From Dehalococcoidia bacterium (GTDB taxonomy: Bacteria > Chloroflexota > Dehalococcoidia > Lucifugimonadales > JAGWBF01), in NCBI GenBank assembly GCA_034422875.1, contig DAOUJI010000079.1, positions 9,928 through 73,927 on the forward strand: DNA of 64,000 bases, read 5' to 3'. The translations under genes and the position numbers were made by a program. This document shows positions 47,428 through 57,834 of the stretch, piece by piece (the first letter of the stretch is position 1; every line of letters begins with the position of its first letter). The notes beneath the pieces were generated by a model. It did not search any database. It was not told the DNA's origin and was given only the letters and a program-made list of their open reading frames with translations.

Positions 47428-49386
47428 ATGATCTCTGAAGCGCTCATCTGGACCATCTTCCTGCTCCCGCTCGGAGCTTTCGTCTTCATATCTCTGGTGG
47501 TGCGGCCTTTCTTCAACCAGTGGAAGGAATCGGCCGGCCTCCTCACCATTCTCGCTATTGGGATAGCCCTCGCGCTGTCCTCATGGACGCTGCAGTCGGT
47601 GATAACCCAGGGCGAGCTTTCCTTTGCGCCGCAGGAGTGGCTGGCCATAGGCTCTCTGGACATCAGCCTCGGCCTTATCGTCGATCCCTTGACGGCCATA
47701 ATGCTGGTGGTAGCCACCGGCGTGAGCCTGATGGTCCAGATTTACTCCGTCGGCTACATGAAGGGCGACCCCGGCTACGCCCGCTATTTCGCCATTATGA
47801 ACCTGTTCACGGCGTCCATGGTGGGGCTGGTAATGGCCAGCAACATCGTCCAGATGTACGTATTCTGGGAACTGGTTGGCGTCTGCTCATACCTGCTCAT
47901 TGGGTTCTGGTTCACCAGGCCGGCGGCGGCGGCAGCGGCCAAGAAAGCCTTCATAGTCACGAGGATAGGAGACTTTGGATTCCTGCTGGCCATTCTCTAC
48001 ATATTCTACGCAGGCGGTTCCCTGGACATCGCCAGCATCAACGCGTTGGAGGGTTTGCCTGAAGGACTGGCTTTGACATGGGTGGCTGCGGGGATATTCG
48101 CCGGAGCCGTAGGAAAGTCGGCCCAGTTCCCCCTCCACGTGTGGCTTCCGGACGCAATGGAAGGCCCCACACCCGTCAGCGCGCTGATACACGCCGCGAC
48201 TATGGTGGCGGCGGGCGTATTCCTGGTGGCCCGTTTCTTCCCGCTGTTCGAGCACTCCGCCGACGCCATGAGCATGGTTGCCATCGTCGGCGCCTTCACG
48301 GCCTTATTTGCGGCCACTATGGGCATGGCCTCCTACGACATCAAGCGCGTCATGGCCTTTTCCACGGTGAGCCAGCTTGGGTACATGATTGCCGCTCTGG
48401 GAATAGGCGCATATGGGGTCGCCATATTCCATCTCTTCAACCATGCATTCTTCAAAGCCCTGCTCTTCATGGGCGCAGGAAGCGTGAACCACGCCACGGG
48501 CACCTTCGACATGCGGTACATGGGTGGGCTCAGGAAGGTCATGCCGTGGACCTACTGGACTGTGCTCATTGCATCGTTAAGCCTGTCGGGGATATTCCCC
48601 TTCGCGGGGTTCTGGAGCAAGGACGAGATACTGATACACGCTTGGCGCGGAGGCGCTTCAGTCGATGCAATTGTCTTCTGGTTGTTGATTGTGGCGGCCT
48701 TCCTCACGGCGTTGTACACCTTCCGCATGGTGTATATGACCTTCCACGGCGAGTTCCGAGGGGGCGTGGAAAAGGAGATGGAGGACCGTGGGGAAGCTCC
48801 GGAGCATGGAGGTCACGGCATCCATCTCGCAGAATCACCGGTGACGATGGTGGCGCCGATGGTCCTTCTCGCTGTCGCGGCTCTGACGTCGGGTTACCTG
48901 GCAAATCCCCTTGGCTTCAAGGAAGGTTTCATCGGAATAGACCACCACTGGTTCTCCTCTTTCATGCTGTTGCCAGGGGAGAGCATACAGTCCTTCAGCC
49001 TTGGAATGGCGATCGTGTCGGTGCTCGTGGCCCTTGGAGGAATACTGATTGCCACCGCCATATACCTAACGCCGAGGGTCTCTCTCGACACGGTGGGGCG
49101 TCCCTTCCTGGCCGTGCGTGAGTTGCTGTTCCAACGTTACTACATGGACGACCTGTACGAGCGTCACATGGTCTACCAGGCCTTCTACAAGGGAATTGGA
49201 GCGATGCTGGACTGGTTTGACCGTCGCATAGTGGACAACGTAGCTGAGTTCGTCGGTTGGTCCTCCAGGAACGTGGGCCGAGCGGTGGCCGTGGTGCAAA
49301 CAGGACAGGTCCAGGGTTACGCCCTGGCTATAACGGTAGGGATATTCCTGATAGTGATTGCTTTCGTGGCGGTGAACGCAGGATAG
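47428..49386 (+). CDS. nuoL: Complex I subunit L
   Basis: WELVGVCSYLLIGFW, GKSAQFPLHVWLPDAMEGPTPVSALIHAATMV, HAFFKALLF. Confidence 0.96.
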   Translation: MISEALIWTIFLLPLGAFVFISLVVRPFFNQWKESAGLLTILAIGIALALSSWTLQSVITQGELSFAPQEWLAIGSLDISLGLIVDPLTAIMLVVATGVSLMVQIYSVGYMKGDPGYARYFAIMNLFTASMVGLVMASNIVQMYVFWELVGVCSYLLIGFWFTRPAAAAAAKKAFIVTRIGDFGFLLAILYIFYAGGSLDIASINALEGLPEGLALTWVAAGIFAGAVGKSAQFPLHVWLPDAMEGPTPVSALIHAATMVAAGVFLVARFFPLFEHSADAMSMVAIVGAFTALFAATMGMASYDIKRVMAFSTVSQLGYMIAALGIGAYGVAIFHLFNHAFFKALLFMGAGSVNHATGTFDMRYMGGLRKVMPWTYWTVLIASLSLSGIFPFAGFWSKDEILIHAWRGGASVDAIVFWLLIVAAFLTALYTFRMVYMTFHGEFRGGVEKEMEDRGEAPEHGGHGIHLAESPVTMVAPMVLLAVAALTSGYLANPLGFKEGFIGIDHHWFSSFMLLPGESIQSFSLGMAIVSVLVALGGILIATAIYLTPRVSLDTVGRPFLAVRELLFQRYYMDDLYERHMVYQAFYKGIGAMLDWFDRRIVDNVAEFVGWSSRNVGRAVAVVQTGQVQGYALAITVGIFLIVIAFVAVNAG

Positions 49387-49389
49387 GCT

Positions 49390-50940
49390 ATGGACGGCTT
49401 CAACGGATTGTTGACTGCGACCGTGTTCCTGCCGCTGGCAGGGGCGCTGGTCATTGCCGCCTTCATCAAGAAAGACAGCTGGGTCCGGTGGACGGCTGCC
49501 TTCATTGCTCTGATCGAATTGGCCCTGGCCATCGACGTCGTAGCCCGGTTCAGCCGGGCGGCCGGCGCCGACCGTTTCCAGCTTATCGACAAGTTCGGCT
49601 GGTTCGGCGTCGACTCGGTGTTCAATAACACCACGTTCTCAGCCAACTACTTCCTTGGGGTGGATGGACTGAGTGCACCGCTGGTGTTGCTCACCGGACT
49701 CCTGGGATTCTGCGCCGTTCTCGGGTCATGGAACGTTAAGCACCGGGTCAGGGAATATTTCGTTTGGCTGCTGGTCCTTCAAACCTCAGTCATGGGCGTT
49801 TTCGCATCCCTGGACTTCATCCTCTTCTTCCTCTTCTGGGAACTGGAACTGCTGCCGATGTTCATGCTCATCTCCATCTGGGGATCGGGCCGCAAGGAAT
49901 ACTCGGCGATGAAGTTCCTGATATTCACCATCTTGGGCAGCGCCTTCATGCTGGTGTCCATACTGGCGGTGATCCTGGCCACGGGCGTCTCGGATATGGC
50001 GGCATTGTCCACACTGGGCGTCAGCGGTGTCGCGGCCAAGACCTTCATGCCGATATCGATGGTGTTCTGGTTCTTCGTGGTGGCTTTCGCCATCAAGCTG
50101 CCTGTCTGGCCGGTCCACACCTGGCTGCCCGATGCACACACCGACGCCCCCACTGCCGTGAGCGTGATGCTGGCGGGCGTGCTGTTGAAGATGGGAGGAT
50201 ACGGCCTGATACGCATCAGCGTGGGCATGTTCCCTGACATTGGCCACGCTGACGCATACGCCTGGTCTTTAGTGGTCCTCGCTGTAATCAGCATCCTGTA
50301 CGGCGCCGTCGTCACCATAATGCAAACGGACCTGAAACGTCTCATCGCCTATAGCTCTGTGAGCCATATGGGGCTGGTGATGCTGGGCGTCGCTGTGGGG
50401 TTGAAAGGCGGAGCGGACTCGTCTGTGGCCTTAACAGGCGCCTCTATGCAAATGTTCGCCCACGGCTCCATCACCGGCTTGCTGTTCCTCGTGGTGGGCC
50501 TGATATACGACAAGGCGCATACGAGGTACATCCCCGACCTTGGAGGACTCTCCTCCAGGATGCCCTTTGTTGGAGCCGTGTTCCTGATTGCCGGTCTGGC
50601 GTCACTGGGTTTGCCGGGAATGAGTGGTTTCGTAGCCGAACTTCTTGTTTTCCTGGGTTCCTTCGGAGAATTCCCCTGGCCTACGGCCCTGGCCGCATTC
50701 GGTATAGTGCTGGCGGCGGGTTACATCCTGTGGATGATTGAGCGGGTGATGTTCGGCGGGGAAAGGGAGCGTTTTGCGGGCATCACCGACGCCAGCTTGG
50801 TGGAGGCCATACCCCTGGGCGTCCTGACCGTCTCCATAATCGTGGTGGGGTTCTACCCGGCCTTCATCACCGACTTCTTTGACTTTGGAATCAACCAGAT
50901 GCCACGGTTCGCCGGGGCGTTGGGAGCCGCAGCGCCATGA
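49390..50940 (+). CDS. nuoM: Complex I subunit M
   Basis: VDGLS, FFLFWELEL.PM, KLPVWPVHTWLPDAH, LKRLIAYSSVSHMG, LGLPGMSGFVAE. Confidence 0.96.
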   Translation: MDGFNGLLTATVFLPLAGALVIAAFIKKDSWVRWTAAFIALIELALAIDVVARFSRAAGADRFQLIDKFGWFGVDSVFNNTTFSANYFLGVDGLSAPLVLLTGLLGFCAVLGSWNVKHRVREYFVWLLVLQTSVMGVFASLDFILFFLFWELELLPMFMLISIWGSGRKEYSAMKFLIFTILGSAFMLVSILAVILATGVSDMAALSTLGVSGVAAKTFMPISMVFWFFVVAFAIKLPVWPVHTWLPDAHTDAPTAVSVMLAGVLLKMGGYGLIRISVGMFPDIGHADAYAWSLVVLAVISILYGAVVTIMQTDLKRLIAYSSVSHMGLVMLGVAVGLKGGADSSVALTGASMQMFAHGSITGLLFLVVGLIYDKAHTRYIPDLGGLSSRMPFVGAVFLIAGLASLGLPGMSGFVAELLVFLGSFGEFPWPTALAAFGIVLAAGYILWMIERVMFGGERERFAGITDASLVEAIPLGVLTVSIIVVGFYPAFITDFFDFGINQMPRFAGALGAAAP

Positions 50941-52478
50941 CGGCTGAAGACGTCCGTCTGCTGTCTCCTGAGATAGCCCTGGCCGGAATCGGCCTTATGG
51001 TCATTCTGCTGGACCTCGTAGTCAGCCGGAAGGGGCTGCTGGCCATATTCACCTTCCTTGGTCTGCTGGTCCCTGTGGGCCTTGCCGCCTGGCTTTGGGC
51101 TGACGTTAGCAACGAACCTTCCAAGCAGTTGGAGGCAATATTCAACCTGACTGGTTCGGGTGCGTCTCTGGTGGTGGACCAGTTCGCCTTATTCTTCAAG
51201 TTCCTGGTGATAGCCATAGTGGCGCTGATCGTGTTGGCGTCCACCGACTATGTCTCCAAGATGTCCCGCTTCCAGGGCGAGTATTACGGCCTCATTCTGC
51301 TCTCCGCCACGGGCATGATGCTTCTGGCGGCGGCCAGAGAGCTCATTGTGATATATGTGTCGCTGGAACTGACAGCGCTGCCGTTGGCTGCTCTGGTGGC
51401 CTTCCTGATGAACGCCCGCTCCGGGGAAGCAAGCATGAAGTTCTTTATCCTGAACGGGGTCAGCTCCGCGCTGCTGCTCTACGGCATGGCCCTGGTGTTC
51501 GGCTTCACCGGCAGCACCTATCTCACGGACATCGGAGCCCAGTTGAGTCAGACCCTCGGCTCCGGCGCCGCTTTGGCGGACAACTTCGCGCTTCTGCTTG
51601 GCGTCGTGCTGATAATCGCCGGGTTCGGGTTCAAGATATCCAGCGTACCCTTCCAGATGTGGGCGCCGGACGTTTACGAGGGCGGCCCGACCACCGTGGT
51701 TGCCTTCCTGTCTGTGGCCAGCAAAGCAGCGGGGTTTGCCGTGCTGCTTCGGGTCTTCTACACCGGTTTCGATGTATTCCAGTCCGACTGGGGAATCCTT
51801 TTTGCCGGGCTGGCGGCCGCCTCCATGACCATAGGCAACGTGGTGGCCATAGCCCAGAGCAACATCAAACGTCTCATGGGCTACAGCACTATCGCCCATG
51901 CGGGATACCTGTTGGTGGGACTGGCTGCCGTAACCGCGAACTCGGAAGGGGGAAGCAGCCTGGGGCCCAGTTCGTTGCTCTTCTATCTGGGCGCGTATGC
52001 GGCAACTAACTTGACAGCGTTCTTTGCCATCATAGCCATCTCGAACAAGGTCCAGAGCGACGAGATAGCAGACTTCGCCGGGGCCAGTCGGCGGTCTCCG
52101 TACGTGGCCCTGGCCCTGGCTCTCGCGTTGGTGGCCCTTATCGGCGTGCCGCCCACTGGCGTGTTCATAGCCAAGTTGTACATATTCAACGCGGCTATCG
52201 AGGCCGACCTGTTGTGGCTGGCCATTGTCGGTGTAATCAACAGCGTAGTCTCCGCCTACTACTACCTGAAGATAGTCCGTGTGATGTATCTGGAGCCGCC
52301 AGCCGATGAAGAGAAGGCGCCGTCGTCGCCGGCGTTCCAACTGGGGCTCGGGCTGGCCGCGTTGCTGGTATTGTTCATGGGGATAGCCCCCGGACCGATG
52401 TTGCGGGTAGCCGAGATCGCTGTGGACGCCCTTCCCAATGCAGCAAGGGTTGTCGGAGCCCTTTCCGCCGCCCCGTAA
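50937..52478 (+). CDS. nuoN: Complex I subunit N
   Basis: SLELTALP, FKISSVPFQMWAPDVYEG, KRLMGYSTIAHAGY, SVVSAYYYL. Confidence 0.96.
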   Translation: MTAEDVRLLSPEIALAGIGLMVILLDLVVSRKGLLAIFTFLGLLVPVGLAAWLWADVSNEPSKQLEAIFNLTGSGASLVVDQFALFFKFLVIAIVALIVLASTDYVSKMSRFQGEYYGLILLSATGMMLLAAARELIVIYVSLELTALPLAALVAFLMNARSGEASMKFFILNGVSSALLLYGMALVFGFTGSTYLTDIGAQLSQTLGSGAALADNFALLLGVVLIIAGFGFKISSVPFQMWAPDVYEGGPTTVVAFLSVASKAAGFAVLLRVFYTGFDVFQSDWGILFAGLAAASMTIGNVVAIAQSNIKRLMGYSTIAHAGYLLVGLAAVTANSEGGSSLGPSSLLFYLGAYAATNLTAFFAIIAISNKVQSDEIADFAGASRRSPYVALALALALVALIGVPPTGVFIAKLYIFNAAIEADLLWLAIVGVINSVVSAYYYLKIVRVMYLEPPADEEKAPSSPAFQLGLGLAALLVLFMGIAPGPMLRVAEIAVDALPNAARVVGALSAAP

Positions 52479-52500
52479 GCCATGACCATACCAGGTCCGT

Positions 52501-52529
52501 TTGACTCCCTGGAGACCCGGCGCTAGACT
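52501..52529 (+). promoter_or_regulatory. Sigma70-type promoter
   Basis: TTGACT-N17-TAGACT upstream of nadK. Confidence 0.6.
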
Positions 52530-52607
52530 CGCTGTGCCCAACATGGACGCGCACACCCCAATTTTCTCTGCCTTCCAGAACCCGCCGGAAGGCCCTTCTT
52601 TCGTGCC

Positions 52608-53498
52608 ATGAAACCCGACATCATCGGCGTTGTCTTCAACCACCGCAGCGCCCCGGCAAAAAAGCTCGCTCACGAGTTAGTCAAGCGGTTCAACCTCGCT
52701 GACCGGTCGTGGACCATATCCACATTGGACATAGACTCCGCCCCCTCTGAACTCCGAAAAACGGACATGGTCATTACCGTTGGAGGGGACGGCACAATCA
52801 TCAGGGCCGCGAGGCTGACCGTCCCGCTGGAAATCCCGATCCTTGGCATCAACATGGGCAGACTGGGTTTTATGACCGAGCTCCAGGGGGAAGAGGCTCT
52901 GAGCCGGCTGCCCGACTACCTGGAAGGGGCAGGCAGGATAGAAGAACGCTCCATGATCAGGGTGGACTTCATACCCCCGGAAAAGGGCGAGGACCGGCCT
53001 CACAGGCCCATCGACGGCTTCAACTACCATGCCCTGAACGACGTGGTCGTGGGCAGAGGCGGGGTTGCCCGGCTGGTCACTATTAAGGCCTACATTGACG
53101 GCGCCCACCTGACAGATTTCCGCTCCGACGCGGTGATGGTGGCGACTGCCACAGGCAGCACCGGATACAACCTGTCGGTTGGAGGCCCCATGCTGTGGCC
53201 CACCGCCGGAGTGATGATTCTCAAGGCGGTGGCTCCCCACATAGGAATCGCCCCGGCGCTCGTTCTACCGCCCACCGCCGTGGTGGACCTAACAATAAAG
53301 ACGGACCACGAGGCCACCTTGAGCGTGGACGGCTACGTCGATCTTGAACTGGCCCAGGGAGACAGCATAAGAGTCCAGAGGAGCCCCAATAAGACTAAGT
53401 TCCTGAGGGCGCTTCCGCCCAACGCCTTCTACCAAAGCCTGACACAGAGGCTGGGCTTTGGCGGAGGACAGAGCAGCACCAGAGCCATACAATACTGA
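52608..53498 (+). CDS. nadK: NAD(+) kinase
   Basis: GGDGT, INMGRLGF, ALND, ATATGSTGYNLSVGGP. Confidence 0.94.
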   Translation: MKPDIIGVVFNHRSAPAKKLAHELVKRFNLADRSWTISTLDIDSAPSELRKTDMVITVGGDGTIIRAARLTVPLEIPILGINMGRLGFMTELQGEEALSRLPDYLEGAGRIEERSMIRVDFIPPEKGEDRPHRPIDGFNYHALNDVVVGRGGVARLVTIKAYIDGAHLTDFRSDAVMVATATGSTGYNLSVGGPMLWPTAGVMILKAVAPHIGIAPALVLPPTAVVDLTIKTDHEATLSVDGYVDLELAQGDSIRVQRSPNKTKFLRALPPNAFYQSLTQRLGFGGGQSSTRAIQY

Positions 53499-53500
53499 CT

Positions 53501-54064
53501 ATGACCGCAAACGACGAAAACCGGGAAATCACCATAGAAAGCCGCATGGCTTACGAGGGTAAGATTCTCAACGTGAGAGTCGACCAGGTCCGCATGGCCA
53601 ATGGAAGAATCGCGACACGCGAGGTGGTGGAGCATGCGCCGGTGGTGTGCATAGCGCCAGTGGACGCCGACGGCAATGTGTTGATGGTGCGCCAGTACCG
53701 GAAACCGGCCGAGGCAACGCTGATGGAATGCCCTGCCGGAGGCATGTACCCTGGCGAGTCTCCGGAAGAAGCCGCCCTCAGAGAGCTGCAGGAAGAGACA
53801 GGATTCACAGCGGGCAAGCTGGAGAAGCTGGCCACCTTCTGGGCCACGCCCGGGTTCTGTGATGAGAAAATGCACGCCTTCCTGGCCTCGGAGCTCGCTC
53901 CGGGAGACCCGGAGCACCAGCCCGACCACGACGAGGAAATCGAAAGCCTTTCCTGGATTCCCCTCTCACAAGCTCCCGACCTCATCCGAGAAGGCCAGAT
54001 ATCCGACGCCAAGAGCATTGCTTCCCTGATGCTGGCATACCACCTGTTAAAGGTGGGGGATTAG
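53501..54064 (+). CDS. Nudix hydrolase (ADP-ribose pyrophosphatase-like)
   Basis: Nudix box G-X5-E-X7-REL.EETG, VRQYR, TPGFCDE, DAKS. Confidence 0.9.
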   Translation: MTANDENREITIESRMAYEGKILNVRVDQVRMANGRIATREVVEHAPVVCIAPVDADGNVLMVRQYRKPAEATLMECPAGGMYPGESPEEAALRELQEETGFTAGKLEKLATFWATPGFCDEKMHAFLASELAPGDPEHQPDHDEEIESLSWIPLSQAPDLIREGQISDAKSIASLMLAYHLLKVGD

Positions 54065-54178
54065 GTTCTTGGGCTTGGTTGGGCATGGTATAACGTGTGC
54101 GAATTTTTGCCGGGCGCCCGGTGACGCACCCCCGGCACAGATGCGCCCGCTCGATACGTAAATAGAGGTGATTGAACC

Positions 54179-55858
54179 GTGCTAGAGCATGACGTTCTCG
54201 TGGTCGGCGGAGGCCTCGCCGGCCTTAGAGCCGCCTTGGCCGCCCGGGATGCGGGGGCCGACGTCGGCATGATCTCCAAGGTCTACCCCGTGCGAAGCCA
54301 CTCAAACGCAGCCCAGGGAGGCATCAACGCGGCCCTGACTGACCGGGGCGACGAGTGGGAAGAGCATGCCTTCGACACTATCAAGGGCAGCGACTACCTG
54401 GGCGACCAGGACGCCATCGAAATCATGTGCCGTGAGGCGGGAGACGCCCTCATACAACTGGAGCACATGGGAGTCATATTCAACCGTGACGACGAGGGGC
54501 GGTTGGGAACCCGGGCCTTCGGAGGCCAGCGCAGGGCCAGGACCTTCTTCGTCGCTGACTTCACAGGCCAGGCGCTGCTCCACGTGCTTCACGAACAAAT
54601 CATGAAGTCCGACGTGACCTCCTACGAGGAGTGGTTCGTCACCAGCCTGATTCTGGACGACGGCGAGTGCTCCGGGGTCGTGGCGATGGAAATGAGGACG
54701 GGCCGCATATACGTCATCAAAGCCAAGACCGTTATCCTGGCCACTGGAGGTCTGGGACGCGTTTTCGAACCCAGCACCAACGCTCTAATAGTAACGGGCG
54801 ATGGAATGGCCCTGGCCTACAAGGCCGGAGCGCCCCTCATGGACATGGAAATGGTCCAGTACCACCCGACGACCCTCAAGGGGAGCGGAGTGCTCATCAC
54901 CGAGGGGGCCAGGGGCGAAGGGGCTTACCTGCTCAACAGCGAAGGGGAGCGTTTCATGGAGCGGTACGCTCCCAGCATGATGGAGCTGGCTTCCAGAGAC
55001 GTAGTTTCCCGCTCCGAGACCACAGAGATAGCGGCAGGGCGCGGGATTGACGGATGCGTTCTGTTGGACTGCACTCACCTTGGGGAACAGCTAATCCGTG
55101 AGCGCCTCTCCCAGATATATGACATAGGGCTGGACCTGGTGGGCATCGACATCACGAAAGAGCCCATCCCCATACAGCCCGGGATGCACTACCAGATGGG
55201 AGGCATCAAGACCGACGTGGACGGCCAGACCCGGGTGCCGGGCATCTACGCCGCTGGAGAATGCGCCAACGTGAGTGTGCATGGAGGCAACCGCCTGGGC
55301 GCCAACTCCCTGCTTGACACAGTGATTTTCGGGCGGCGGTCGGGAGTCCACGCCGCGGAAGTCGCCAAGAACAAGGACTACAAACCCGTCAACGTGGAAG
55401 CCCTGATAGAGAATGAGGAGAAGAGGATTCAGGGAATACTGGACCGTCCCGCCAACGGAGACCGGGTGGCGTCCATCAGGTTGGACATGGGCACGGTTAT
55501 GAACGACTACCTGGGAGTCTTCCGGGACGAGGAAGGGATGAAGACAGCCTTGGAAGCCCTGGGGCCTCTGAAGGAACGCTATGAAACGGTCCCGGTGGAG
55601 AATAAGGGTCGGACGTTCAACACCGACCTGATATTCCAGTTGGAACTGGGCTTCATGCTGGACTGCGCCGAGACCATTGTCATCAGCGGCATAGAGCGCA
55701 AGGAGAGCCGCGGCGCCCACTCCCGCACCGACTACACCGAGCGCGATGACGCGAACTGGCTGAAGCACACCCTGGTCAGCTACACAGAAGACGGCCCGCA
55801 GTTCTCTACGCTGCCCGTCGTCATAACACAATGGACTCCGGAGGAGAGAAAGTACTGA
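54179..55858 (+). CDS. sdhA: Succinate dehydrogenase/fumarate reductase flavoprotein
   Basis: GGGLAG, RSHSNAAQGG (covalent-FAD His), QYHPT, TEGARGEG, HYQMGG, HGGNRLGANSL, ESRGAH. Confidence 0.95.
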   Translation: MLEHDVLVVGGGLAGLRAALAARDAGADVGMISKVYPVRSHSNAAQGGINAALTDRGDEWEEHAFDTIKGSDYLGDQDAIEIMCREAGDALIQLEHMGVIFNRDDEGRLGTRAFGGQRRARTFFVADFTGQALLHVLHEQIMKSDVTSYEEWFVTSLILDDGECSGVVAMEMRTGRIYVIKAKTVILATGGLGRVFEPSTNALIVTGDGMALAYKAGAPLMDMEMVQYHPTTLKGSGVLITEGARGEGAYLLNSEGERFMERYAPSMMELASRDVVSRSETTEIAAGRGIDGCVLLDCTHLGEQLIRERLSQIYDIGLDLVGIDITKEPIPIQPGMHYQMGGIKTDVDGQTRVPGIYAAGECANVSVHGGNRLGANSLLDTVIFGRRSGVHAAEVAKNKDYKPVNVEALIENEEKRIQGILDRPANGDRVASIRLDMGTVMNDYLGVFRDEEGMKTALEALGPLKERYETVPVENKGRTFNTDLIFQLELGFMLDCAETIVISGIERKESRGAHSRTDYTERDDANWLKHTLVSYTEDGPQFSTLPVVITQWTPEERKY

Positions 55859-56805
55859 TGCAGATAACCGTCAAGGTCAAGCGCTTCGACCCCGAATCGG
55901 AGAACCCACGTCCCTACTGGTCCGATTACCAGGTTGAAATAGACCAGTTCACTACCGTTCTGGACGCCCTTATCACGATCCGGGAAGACATGGACGGGAC
56001 GCTGTCCCTGCGATGTTCCTGCCGGAGTGCAATCTGCGGCTCCTGCGCCATGCGCATCAACGGGCACGCCGCCCTGGCCTGCAAAACACGGGCGTCGGAG
56101 ATATGCGAAGAGGGCGGCGAAATCGTAATCGAACCGGCTGGAGTCATGCCGGTGGTCAAAGACCTGGTAGTCGACATGACGCCCTTCTGGGACAAGGTCA
56201 AGTCGGTGGAACCCTGGCTCCAACCGGAAGGTGTCGAACCCGAGGCCGAGTACATAGCCCCCAACGAGGACATGCTGCATCTCGCGGGCGTCATGAACTG
56301 CATAATGTGCGGCGCATGCGTATCCGACTGTACGGTCCTGGAGGTCGACCCGGATTTCGCCGGTCCGGCGGCTCTGGCCAAGGCTTACAGGTTCGTGGGT
56401 GACCCCAGGGACGACGCCGACAAGCAAAGGCTGGAAGACCTGAGTGAAGCCACCGGAATCTGGGACTGCACCCGTTGCTATGAATGCGTGCAGGTCTGTC
56501 CCAAGGGAGTGGCTCCCATGGACCGCATTATGTCCATGCGAGACAAGGCTATGGAGCTGGGCTACACCAACAACACCGGAGCGCGCCACACGGACGCCTT
56601 CACCGAATTGGTAAGTCACAGCGGCTCGCTGGACGAGAAACTTCTGCCCCTGAAAACGTGGGGGTTATTCAACCTGCCGGCGCTGATTAGCTTCGCACCG
56701 GTCGGACTGATGGCCATGAGACGGCGCAAGATGCCGCCCATATTCCACAAGAGCATCCCGAACGTCCAGAACGTCAGGAACATCTTCAAGAAGCTGAATA
56801 AGTAG
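55858..56805 (+). CDS. sdhB: Succinate dehydrogenase/fumarate reductase iron-sulfur subunit
   Basis: CRSAICGSC...C, CIMCGACVSDC, CTRCYECVQVCP; start ATG 55858. Confidence 0.95.
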   Translation: MQITVKVKRFDPESENPRPYWSDYQVEIDQFTTVLDALITIREDMDGTLSLRCSCRSAICGSCAMRINGHAALACKTRASEICEEGGEIVIEPAGVMPVVKDLVVDMTPFWDKVKSVEPWLQPEGVEPEAEYIAPNEDMLHLAGVMNCIMCGACVSDCTVLEVDPDFAGPAALAKAYRFVGDPRDDADKQRLEDLSEATGIWDCTRCYECVQVCPKGVAPMDRIMSMRDKAMELGYTNNTGARHTDAFTELVSHSGSLDEKLLPLKTWGLFNLPALISFAPVGLMAMRRRKMPPIFHKSIPNVQNVRNIFKKLNK

Positions 56806-56842
56806 GCGCCCAAACTACGTCACGATCCGAGGTTAATGACAT

Positions 56843-57730
56843 ATGCCTAAGTACGCTTTCTTCCCAGGTTGCGTTTCCCGGGGCGGGTGCCCGGAGCTCT
56901 ACCCGGCAGCTAAGCTGGTATGCCAAAAGCTTGGCATAGAGCTTGAAGAGATGACCGGGGCCTCATGCACCGGCGCCGGTGTGCTCCAGGAAAAGAACGA
57001 GTTCCTGGGAGACGTGTTGAACGCCCGCACTTTTGCAATGGCGGAACAGATGGAGCTGCCCATTATGGTGATCTGCTCCACCTGCCAGGGCGTCATGAGC
57101 CAGGCCAACAAAAGGCTCAAGGATGACCCTGAGTATCTGGCAAAGGTCAACGTAGAGCTTGCCCCGGAGGGCTTGGAGTACAAGGGCACGGCGCAACCCA
57201 AGCACCTGCTCTGGGTAATGCTGGAAGATATCGGGCTGGACGCCATAAAGGCGCGCGTCACCAACCCCCTCCACCACCTGAAGGTGGCGCCATTCTACGG
57301 CTGCTACATCATCCGTCCGTCAGACGCCTTGGGATTTGGTGAGAACCCGGAGCGTCAGACATCCCTGGAAGCCGTCATCGAGGCGTTGGGCGGCGAGGTG
57401 GTGGACTTCAAGGGAAAGACTCGATGCTGCGGTTTTCCCATCCTAACTATCAACGAGCGGAACTCCGTGGCAATGGTGGGCAATCACACGGCGGAGGCTG
57501 TCGACGAGGGAGCGGACGCTATGGTGACTCCGTGTCCGCTTTGCCACCTCAATCTGGACGGCTACCAGCCCAAGGCAATGACCCAGACCCAGCGGAAGAT
57601 AGACCTGCCCATAATCCACCTTCCCCAGCTGATCGGTCTCGCCATGGGCTTCTTCCCCTCAGAGATGGGCCTCCAACGGCACATCATCTCCCCGAAGCCG
57701 GTTGTAGAGAAAGTCGGAGGCGTCTGGTAG
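56843..57730 (+). CDS. HdrB-like CCG-domain subunit (SdhE-type anchor)
   Basis: FPGC, CTGAG, CSTC, FYGC, CCGF, CPLCHLNLD; no transmembrane helices. Confidence 0.9.
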   Translation: MPKYAFFPGCVSRGGCPELYPAAKLVCQKLGIELEEMTGASCTGAGVLQEKNEFLGDVLNARTFAMAEQMELPIMVICSTCQGVMSQANKRLKDDPEYLAKVNVELAPEGLEYKGTAQPKHLLWVMLEDIGLDAIKARVTNPLHHLKVAPFYGCYIIRPSDALGFGENPERQTSLEAVIEALGGEVVDFKGKTRCCGFPILTINERNSVAMVGNHTAEAVDEGADAMVTPCPLCHLNLDGYQPKAMTQTQRKIDLPIIHLPQLIGLAMGFFPSEMGLQRHIISPKPVVEKVGGVW

Positions 57731-57834
57731 CCCAACGCCACAAGTGGACGTAGGGCCCTTCGAGGTCAGGTCACGTAAGGGGCAGCAGAGGCGACAGCCG
57801 TTTTTCTTGTTGTCCCTGTGGTAGGATATATCAA

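Noticed and set aside
51189-52673. 494-aa minus-strand ORF
   Set aside because: Antisense shadow of nuoN; long shadows are common at this GC content
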